The notes below the pieces were generated by a model. The model made no database searches. It was not told the origin of the DNA and saw nothing but the letters and a program-made list of their open reading frames with translations. A program made the translations under genes and the position numbers. A DNA stretch of 32,000 bases, from positions 1 to 32,000 of the forward strand of contig JAIPHU010000003.1 of assembly GCA_021735045.1 (NCBI GenBank), written 5' to 3'. The stretch is from Candidatus Omnitrophota bacterium. GTDB lineage: Bacteria; Omnitrophota; Gorgyraeia; Duberdicusellales; 4484-171. The first letter of the stretch is position 1, and each line of letters begins with the position of its first letter. Below are positions 23,987 to 30,533 of this stretch, in pieces.

Positions 23987-25471
23987 CTACTTTTTAAAAA
24001 ATGATAACAACGAACCAATCATTACCACAATTGCGATAAACTCCAACCGGCCGGCCCACATCTGTAATATATAAACCACCTTTAAGGCAGAAGGCATGCT
24101 GGGGTCAGTTATCCCCATCGACAACCCTACATTTGCAGTTGCCGAAACAGATTCAAATAAAGAAGCTATGCCCGGATAACCAAACCCTATCGCTACCAAA
24201 GCTCCGGCTACATAGGTAATTATAAATAAAATAAAGATAATAAAAGCTTCCTTTATTCGTTTATTAGTTACCAGTAAATTATTTAAATGATGAAATTTTT
24301 CTCGAAATACTGCCCCCGCTGGCATAATCCAGCGTTTAATCTCAATTAAAATTGTTTTAAAGATGATTCCAATCCTCATCAGTTTAATTCCCCCGGTAGT
24401 AGAACAAACCCCGCCACCAATCATCATCGCAAAAATTACCGCCAAAAGAGAAAGCAAAGGAAATCCTCCTAAAACACCTTGTTCTAAGTTAGTAAAGCCA
24501 CATCCGGTGTGTGCAGATATAAGTTGATAAAATCCATTTCTAAATAAACCGGAAAAATTAGCACCCAAAAAAGGTAGATAAAGAAGTAAAAGTAATGAGA
24601 AAAAAGTGAAAATAAAAGTTCTGGTTTCAAAGTTTTTAAAAATTTCTTTTTTGTCTTTGTGCCAAAGCCAAAAATGTAAATTGAAATTAAAAGCTCCCAA
24701 GATCATAAAAATAATCGTAGCTACCTCTAGATAAAAACTATGGTAATAAGCAATACTTTGTTTATAGGGGGTAAACCCTCCTGTATCAAAAGCAGCAAAA
24801 AATAACCAAAATGCCTGGAATATTGATTTAACTGAAGATAAACCAATTCTATTTAATATCAGAAAATAAGCAGCAACCCCTAAAACCAAATAGATGAAAC
24901 TAACCTTCCAGATAAAGCGAGCTGTGCCAATAACATTTGGTAAAATTTTTTCTTGTCTACCTTCACCAATATAAAAACCTATTGCCACAGACCTTGCCTG
25001 GGCTAAAATTGAAAGGCTCGCTAGGATTATTCCTTGACCTCCGATAAACATGGTAAGATGGCGCCAGGTATTATGAGAAAAAGACATGTGATCTAGATCT
25101 TGCACTAAAATTAGCCCAGTCGTAGCAAATCCACTCATTGCTTCAAACCAAGCATCCAGGAAAGAACCAAAATGCCCAGACAAAAAAAGAGGGATAGCCC
25201 CTAAAAGTGAAAAAGACAACCAACCTAAACTAACTGTAAAAAAAGTATGGACCCAAGAAATTTCCTTTTTGATTGGAAATAAAATTAATAAGATAAAACC
25301 TAAGGCCCCACTGAGGGTAGTTCCGATAAGAAAATCAAAAAAGGGAGAATTTTCGCTCATAACCACTGCCACCAAAAGTGGCACTAGCATAAAAAAGCTT
25401 AGGCCTAAGATCAACCTTCCTAGTAAATTTAAGATTGTGGATAAATCTTTTTTGGTAGGTGAAATTATCAT
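23987..25471 (-). CDS. trkH: TrkH/KtrB-family K+ uptake membrane subunit
   Basis: 494 aa, polytopic, with repeated pore-loop-like GFATTG, FDTGGF, HTGCGF and NVGLS segments. Confidence 0.8.
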   Translation of the reverse strand: MIISPTKKDLSTILNLLGRLILGLSFFMLVPLLVAVVMSENSPFFDFLIGTTLSGALGFILLILFPIKKEISWVHTFFTVSLGWLSFSLLGAIPLFLSGHFGSFLDAWFEAMSGFATTGLILVQDLDHMSFSHNTWRHLTMFIGGQGIILASLSILAQARSVAIGFYIGEGRQEKILPNVIGTARFIWKVSFIYLVLGVAAYFLILNRIGLSSVKSIFQAFWLFFAAFDTGGFTPYKQSIAYYHSFYLEVATIIFMILGAFNFNLHFWLWHKDKKEIFKNFETRTFIFTFFSLLLLLYLPFLGANFSGLFRNGFYQLISAHTGCGFTNLEQGVLGGFPLLSLLAVIFAMMIGGGVCSTTGGIKLMRIGIIFKTILIEIKRWIMPAGAVFREKFHHLNNLLVTNKRIKEAFIIFILFIITYVAGALVAIGFGYPGIASLFESVSATANVGLSMGITDPSMPSALKVVYILQMWAGRLEFIAIVVMIGSLLSFFKK

Positions 25472-25583
25472 AACTAAATTTTAAAAGAGAAAAAGAAGTT
25501 TACCCCTAATGCTAATAAATATCCTGTTAAGATAATAGCTAAACAGCAACAAATTTCTAGAACAATACCGAAAAATGATTTTA

Positions 25584-26249
25584 TCATACTTTTCCAATAA
25601 GAGACTTAGTTAAATCTGTTTCGCTATCAATTAAGGTAGCAGCGATTATTTCATCTCCAGGAAGAATAGTAGTTGACCCGGAAGGAATAACTATTTCCGG
25701 TCCCCGTAACACAGAAATCAAAACTGAGTTAGGGGGAAGCTTAATATCTTTTAAAGACTTGTTAGCTACAGGAGAATCTTCCGGAATATCAACCCGAACG
25801 ATAGAAAGCCTTCCTTTTTTAATACTCAAAAGATTCATCACATCAGAAAAAGAAGCTTCTTCTTCAACAACTCTAGCAATAATAGAAGTTGAATCCACTG
25901 GGTTATCCACTTTCATATACTTATACAAAGGGGTGTGCTTTGGATCATTAACTCTAGATACTGTTCTTTTTATTCCAAAAAGTTCCTTAGCTAGATACGA
26001 AATAATTATATTATCTTCATCACCGGAAGTTGCAGCAACCGAAACATCGACTTTTTCTATTTGCGCTTCCCGCAATACATCTGGATAAGTTGCATCACCG
26101 CAAATAATCATTATTTTGTCTAATTTTCTGGCTAGAGAATTACATAGCTCTCGGTCTTTGTCTATAAGGCAAACTTGATGCTTATCTTCTTTAAGCCTTT
26201 TTGCTAAAATTAAACCTAGACGGCCTGCTCCAGCAATTACTATATACAC
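25584..26249 (-). CDS. trkA: TrkA/KtrA K+ uptake regulatory subunit (RCK N and C domains)
   Basis: 221 aa. IAGAGRLG Rossmann motif plus a C-terminal TrkA-C-like domain. Confidence 0.8.
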   Translation of the reverse strand: MYIVIAGAGRLGLILAKRLKEDKHQVCLIDKDRELCNSLARKLDKIMIICGDATYPDVLREAQIEKVDVSVAATSGDEDNIIISYLAKELFGIKRTVSRVNDPKHTPLYKYMKVDNPVDSTSIIARVVEEEASFSDVMNLLSIKKGRLSIVRVDIPEDSPVANKSLKDIKLPPNSVLISVLRGPEIVIPSGSTTILPGDEIIAATLIDSETDLTKSLIGKV

Positions 26250-26632
26250 TTTTTCAATACCTCGCCTAAAAGATACGTTTTATTAATTATAGTTAAGCCT
26301 TCCTCTCCAAATATCTTTTTCTTCATTGCATCATTTACTTGCAAAACTACTTTTTTTGTCTGATATTTCCTTTTAGCAACTTTGCCTACAACCAAATTAA
26401 GATTATCATTGCCAGTAAGTAAAAAAAGGGCATCTGCCTCTTTTATCCCAGCTTTTTCCAAAGTAGCTACATCCAAGGCATCGGCCCATATTTTTTTACC
26501 ATTGAAATCTTCTCTTAAAAAATCAAGATTTTTTAAGCTCTTATCAATAATAACTACATTTTCTTTGCCAGACAACTCCTCTGCTAAAGCCCTTCCCGTT
26601 CGGCTACAGCCAACAATAATTATATATTTCAT
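26240..26632 (-). CDS. TrkA-N (RCK N-terminal domain only) protein
   Basis: 130 aa. IIVGCSRTGRALA Rossmann motif. Overlaps the start of the trkA gene by 10 nt. Confidence 0.65.
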   Translation of the reverse strand: MKYIIIVGCSRTGRALAEELSGKENVVIIDKSLKNLDFLREDFNGKKIWADALDVATLEKAGIKEADALFLLTGNDNLNLVVGKVAKRKYQTKKVVLQVNDAMKKKIFGEEGLTIINKTYLLGEVLKKCI

Positions 26633-26651
26633 AATATTTTTAAAAACTTCT

Positions 26652-26996
26652 TTAATTCTTTACTTTATCAACGATTTGACTAAAGACCTCTGGATTTTCT
26701 GAAGCAATCAAGGCCAAAACATTTCGAGAAAGAACTATATTGTTCTTTTTTAAATCATTAATTAGTTCCCGATAAGATGTTCCTCTTTCTCTAGCAGCTG
26801 CGTTAAGACGAGTAATCCATAAAGAACGAAACTCTCTTTTTTTCAGCCTTCTGTGATTATAAGCATAAACATAGGCTCGTCGTAAAGTTTCAACGGCCCT
26901 GCGATAGTTCTTAGACCGCCTACCCCAATACCCTTTGGCCTGCTTTAATACTTTCTTTTTTCTTTTTCGAGAAGCTACAGGACTTCTTACTCTCAT
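26652..26996 (-). CDS. rplT: 50S ribosomal protein L20
   Basis: MRVRSPVASRKRKKKVLKQAKGYWGRR... is a classic L20 N-terminus. An AGGGGGGA SD is present. Confidence 0.95.
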   Translation of the reverse strand: MRVRSPVASRKRKKKVLKQAKGYWGRRSKNYRRAVETLRRAYVYAYNHRRLKKREFRSLWITRLNAAARERGTSYRELINDLKKNNIVLSRNVLALIASENPEVFSQIVDKVKN

Positions 26997-27042
26997 AATC
27001 TTCCCCCCTTAGTTGGTGATAATTAATGTGTGATTACCTAAT

Positions 27043-27243
27043 CTAGGCAGAATAAGGTAAAGCTCTTTTTACCACTTTTTTAAGTTCTTTCGGCACCAGA
27101 TCCTTTTTGCGTAAATTTCTTTTTCTTTTACGCCCTTTTCCGCTCAACAAATGCCTTCTGCCAGCTTTAGCTCTTAATGCCTTCTTCTTTTTTGTAATCT
27201 TAATTCTTTTGGCAATTGATTTTCTTGTTTTTAATTTTGGCAC
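27043..27243 (-). CDS. rpmI: 50S ribosomal protein L35
   Basis: The N-terminus reads PKLKTRKSIAKR. GTG start with GGAGGA 5 nt upstream. Confidence 0.9.
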   Translation of the reverse strand: MPKLKTRKSIAKRIKITKKKKALRAKAGRRHLLSGKGRKRKRNLRKKDLVPKELKKVVKRALPYSA

Positions 27244-27274
27244 ATCTTCCTCCTCAGTATGTTGTCTATTATAG

Positions 27275-27781
27275 CTATTTCGGGCTTAAAGTAAATATCA
27301 TAGTTTTGCCCCTCATCTTAGGCTCTTTATCTATTTGAGCTATAGGCTCTGTGTCTTTTATGATATTGTCTACAATTCTTCTTCCAATTTCTTTATGTGT
27401 GATCTCCCTTCCTTTGTAACGCATTCTTATTCTTACTTTATGTCTTTTTTCTAAAAACTTTTTTATTCTTTTTAGTTTAACTTGATAATCATGTTCTTCC
27501 GTCCGTGGAGTAATCCTTACTTCTTTAAGTTGAGAATGCTTTTGATGTTTTTTTAGCTCTTTTTCTCTTTTGCTCTGCTCATACTTATATTTTGTAAAAT
27601 CCATTATCCGGCAAACCGGCGGTTTTGCAGAAGGAGCAATCTCAACTAAATCAAGGCCATGCTCCCTTGCTTTATCTAAAGCCTCCTTGCGGGTTACAAC
27701 TCCTAACTGTTGCCCGTCGGGGCTGATTAGTCTTAACTTTTCTGCAACAACTCTCAAATTTACTCTTACTCTTTTCTTCAC
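27275..27781 (-). CDS. infC: Translation initiation factor IF-3
   Basis: LRLISPDGQQLGVV, LDLVEI..AKPPVCRIMDF and the C-terminal domain are typical of IF-3. The GTG start abuts the thrS TAG stop, and AAGGAGG lies inside the thrS 3' end, 8 nt upstream. Confidence 0.9.
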   Translation of the reverse strand: MKKRVRVNLRVVAEKLRLISPDGQQLGVVTRKEALDKAREHGLDLVEIAPSAKPPVCRIMDFTKYKYEQSKREKELKKHQKHSQLKEVRITPRTEEHDYQVKLKRIKKFLEKRHKVRIRMRYKGREITHKEIGRRIVDNIIKDTEPIAQIDKEPKMRGKTMIFTLSPK

Positions 27782-29488
27782 CTATTTAGCCTCCTTTTTT
27801 AAAAATTCTATCAACGGTTCTATTTTTTTTGACCCTAAGTTTTTCATCCCTCTTTGTCGTAATGAAATTGTTTTAGTCTCTTTTTCTCTTCTTCCTACAA
27901 TCACCATATAAGGTATCTTCAATAGTTCCTTTTTTCTAATCTTCTTTTGTAAAGTTTCTTCCCCTAGATCACTTTCGACTCTAAAACCTTCTTTTTCTAG
28001 ATCTATTTTTACTTCTTTTGCATAATCAGCTACATCTTTGTTGATATTTAAGACACTAATTTGAGTAGGAGCAAGCCAAAAAGGCAAAGCACCTGCAAAA
28101 TGTTCTACCAAAGTAGCTACAAATCTCTCTAAACTTCCCAGGATCACCCGATGAATCATCACTACTCTTTGATCATTATCTTCCTTGGAACGATAAGTCA
28201 AATCGAACCTTTCCGGAATATTATAATCAAGCTGAATAGTAGCACACTGCCAGCTTCTTCCTATAGCGTCTTTTAAAATAATGTCTATTTTAGGCCCATA
28301 GAAAGCTCCGTCACCAGGATTAAGTTTATAGTTAAGTTTTTTCTTTTTTAAAACCTCTTCTAAGACATCTTCTGCCTGTTGCCAGTCTTTTTCTTTACCA
28401 ATAAACTGGTCAGGACGGGTGCTTAGCTCAGCACTGTAGTCACTAAAGCCAAACTTATCCATAGTAAACTTAACAAATTCAATAACCCCTTCAATTTCAG
28501 AATAAAGATCTTCTTTTTTACAAAAAATATGAGCATCATCTTGGGTAAAACCTCTCAGGCGAAGCAAACCGTGCAACACTCCACTTTTTTCAAAACGATA
28601 AACCGTACCTAGCTCAAACAAACGAAGAGGAAGATCCCTAAAACTATGCAGTTTTGATTTATAAACCAGAATATGCCCCGGGCAGTTCATAGGCTTTAGA
28701 ACAAATTCTTGTTCTTCTTTTTTAATCGGATACATATATTCTTGATAATAGTTAAGATGGCCACTTTGCTCCCAAAGATTTTTATTCAGAATATGAGGCG
28801 TATTAATCATCTGATAGCCTCTCTTTAGATGCTGATCTATCTCCCAATCTGTAATAATCTTACGCAAAATCGCCCCTTGAGGCAGATAAAAAACTAATCC
28901 TGCCCCGGCTTGCTCAGGGTATATATCAAACAAGCCTAGTTCTTTGCCTAATTTCCGATGATCTCTTTTTTTAGCCTCTTCTAGCCGGTTTAAATATTTT
29001 CTTAAACTCTTTCGATCCGGAAAAACTGTCCCATAGATCCGGCTTAGTTGGGCATTTTTCTGATCGCCCCGCCAATAAGCTCCTGATACCGAAAGTAATT
29101 TAAAGTTTTTTAAGGCCCCCGTATCTTTTAGATGCGGCCCCTTACATAAATCTATAAAATCATTATGCTCAAAGGTTGAAACTTGATCTAGGCCAAGGTC
29201 CTTAATTAATTCTAGCTTATAGCTTTCCCCTTTTTTCTTGAATAGATCAATAGCTTCTGACTTAGTCAAATTTTTTTGGATAAAGGGAAGTTTTGCTTTA
29301 ATCTCTTCTTCCATCAATTTTTCAATTTTGGGCAAATCCTCTTGGCTTAATCCCCCCGGGAGATCAAAGTCATAGTAAAAGCCCTCTTCAATAGCAGGCC
29401 CTATACCCAACTTTGCATCCGGATATAACTTCTTAACTGCCGAAGCTAATACATGCGAACATGAATGTCGTAGGCGTTCTAAATCCAT
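27782..29488 (-). CDS. thrS: Threonine--tRNA ligase (short form without the N-terminal TGS domain)
   Basis: 568 aa. It begins in the editing domain (HSCSHVLASAV, DLCKGPHL). Class II core and anticodon-binding domain follow. An in-frame stop lies 15 codons upstream of the ATG. Confidence 0.9.
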   Translation of the reverse strand: MDLERLRHSCSHVLASAVKKLYPDAKLGIGPAIEEGFYYDFDLPGGLSQEDLPKIEKLMEEEIKAKLPFIQKNLTKSEAIDLFKKKGESYKLELIKDLGLDQVSTFEHNDFIDLCKGPHLKDTGALKNFKLLSVSGAYWRGDQKNAQLSRIYGTVFPDRKSLRKYLNRLEEAKKRDHRKLGKELGLFDIYPEQAGAGLVFYLPQGAILRKIITDWEIDQHLKRGYQMINTPHILNKNLWEQSGHLNYYQEYMYPIKKEEQEFVLKPMNCPGHILVYKSKLHSFRDLPLRLFELGTVYRFEKSGVLHGLLRLRGFTQDDAHIFCKKEDLYSEIEGVIEFVKFTMDKFGFSDYSAELSTRPDQFIGKEKDWQQAEDVLEEVLKKKKLNYKLNPGDGAFYGPKIDIILKDAIGRSWQCATIQLDYNIPERFDLTYRSKEDNDQRVVMIHRVILGSLERFVATLVEHFAGALPFWLAPTQISVLNINKDVADYAKEVKIDLEKEGFRVESDLGEETLQKKIRKKELLKIPYMVIVGRREKETKTISLRQRGMKNLGSKKIEPLIEFLKKEAK

Positions 29489-29515
29489 CTTGATTAAAAT
29501 CCTAAATTCAGCCCA

Positions 29516-29543
29516 ATTATAAATATCAAATTACAAATGACAA
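29516..29543 (-). promoter_or_regulatory. Sigma70-like promoter for thrS
   Basis: Minus sense reads TTGTCA (29543-29538), a 16-nt spacer, then TATAAT (29521-29516). The -10 box lies about 28 nt upstream of the thrS ATG. Confidence 0.45.
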
Positions 29544-29708
29544 ATTAATTCCAAATCCCCAATACCAAATTTTGTTTTTCTTTTTATTATTATTGGGAAG
29601 AAATCCACCGTTAAAAGTGCTCTTTCTAAGTTTGGCTGGTTTAGCATTTATAGTTTTTGTTTGTCATTTATTTGATATTTGACATTTGGATTTTGATTTT
29701 AAGGTAAA

Positions 29709-29783
29709 TGGGCGGTGTAGGATTCGAACCCACGACCCTCTCGGTGTAAACGAGACGCTCTAAACCAGCTGAGCTAACCGCCC
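29709..29783 (-). tRNA. tRNA-Val (anticodon TAC)
   Basis: Hand-folded cloverleaf. Acceptor GGGCGGT/ACCGCCC, D-arm GCTC..GAGC, anticodon stem TCTCG/CGAGA with loop TTTACAC, and T-arm GTGGG-TTCGAAT-CCTAC. No CCA is encoded. Confidence 0.9.
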
Positions 29784-29960
29784 ATTAAAAATGCAACTAT
29801 TTAGCGAATACCTTTATTTATGGCACTAAGCCGAATCCTTTAGCACAGTGCCTTATCCCTAATAAATTATACCGCAATAATAACAAGAATTAGCAAAAAA
29901 ATCAACCCCTTTAGCTTTCCCTCTTATGCAACATTTCTGTTTGAACCTGTTTTGTTGCAT
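29784..29960 (-). repeat. Copy B of the bipartite structured element, with an internal insertion of about 80 nt
   Basis: It has the same 5' module as copy A (ATGCAACAAAACAGGTTCAAACAGAAATGTTGCAT) and the same 3' module (GCCATAAATAAAGGTATTCGCTAAATAGTTGCATTTTTAATGG), separated by extra sequence. Confidence 0.6.
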
Positions 29961-29972
29961 AAGGCTTTTTGA

Positions 29973-30419
29973 TTAAGCTGAAGGAAGTGCCATCATGCAA
30001 AATACCATTACAAACAAAGCGACTGTCTCAATTACCCCCAATACCGTTATGTATTGGCCAAAACCTTTACCTGTTTCAGCTAAAGCATCACAAGCGCGAG
30101 CCGCAGCCTTACCCTGCATATAAGCAGAAGCTGCCATGGCTAAACCAGCAATAAAACCTAGAATCATTAAGTAAATATAGTTTTGGGTACCCGCTGGTAT
30201 ATTTGCATTTTGTATTTGATTTCGTAAAATCATCCCATAAATAGTTTGAGTTAAAGGCGCCCCTACAAAAGCAACCATGGTAAACGGAGCTGTTTTGTTT
30301 TGTGAAAAAGCTTTTTTCCAAGCTCCAACCGCCGCCATCCCAGCAACACCTGTACCTAAAGCAGAACCAACTGCTGCAATAGCCAAAGAAAAATTAAGAT
30401 CACCTAATCCTTCTACCAT
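29973..30419 (-). CDS. ntpK: V-type ATPase proteolipid subunit K (four-TM c-type subunit)
   Basis: 148 aa with four hydrophobic helices. GAPLTQTIYG, YMQGKAAA and GVIETVALF align with Enterococcus hirae NtpK motifs. An AGGAGG SD is present. Confidence 0.8.
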   Translation of the reverse strand: MVEGLGDLNFSLAIAAVGSALGTGVAGMAAVGAWKKAFSQNKTAPFTMVAFVGAPLTQTIYGMILRNQIQNANIPAGTQNYIYLMILGFIAGLAMAASAYMQGKAAARACDALAETGKGFGQYITVLGVIETVALFVMVFCMMALPSA

Positions 30420-30449
30420 TTTTACCTCCTTTTTATTAGAAAATAGATA

Positions 30450-30511
30450 ATAGAAATTAGAAGCTAGAAAAATATTTTACTTATTATTTTTTTATATTCT
30501 CTAATTTCTAT
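30450..30511 (-). promoter_or_regulatory. 12-bp perfect hairpin in the ntpI-ntpK spacer
   Basis: atagaaattaga (30450-30461) pairs with tctaatttctat (30500-30511). The flanking agaaa/tttct words extend it imperfectly. Confidence 0.55.
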
Positions 30512-30533
30512 CTTCTCTTTTCTATCTTCTTCT

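Noticed and set aside
29489-29708. A T-box leader upstream of thrS (and of pheS)
   Set aside because: There is no GGUGGNACCGCG-type T-box sequence. The nearest string is ACGGUGGAUUU, which lacks the ACCGCG half. The predicted thrS promoter leaves a leader of only about 20 nt. pheS has no leader at all because it overlaps the upstream ORF.
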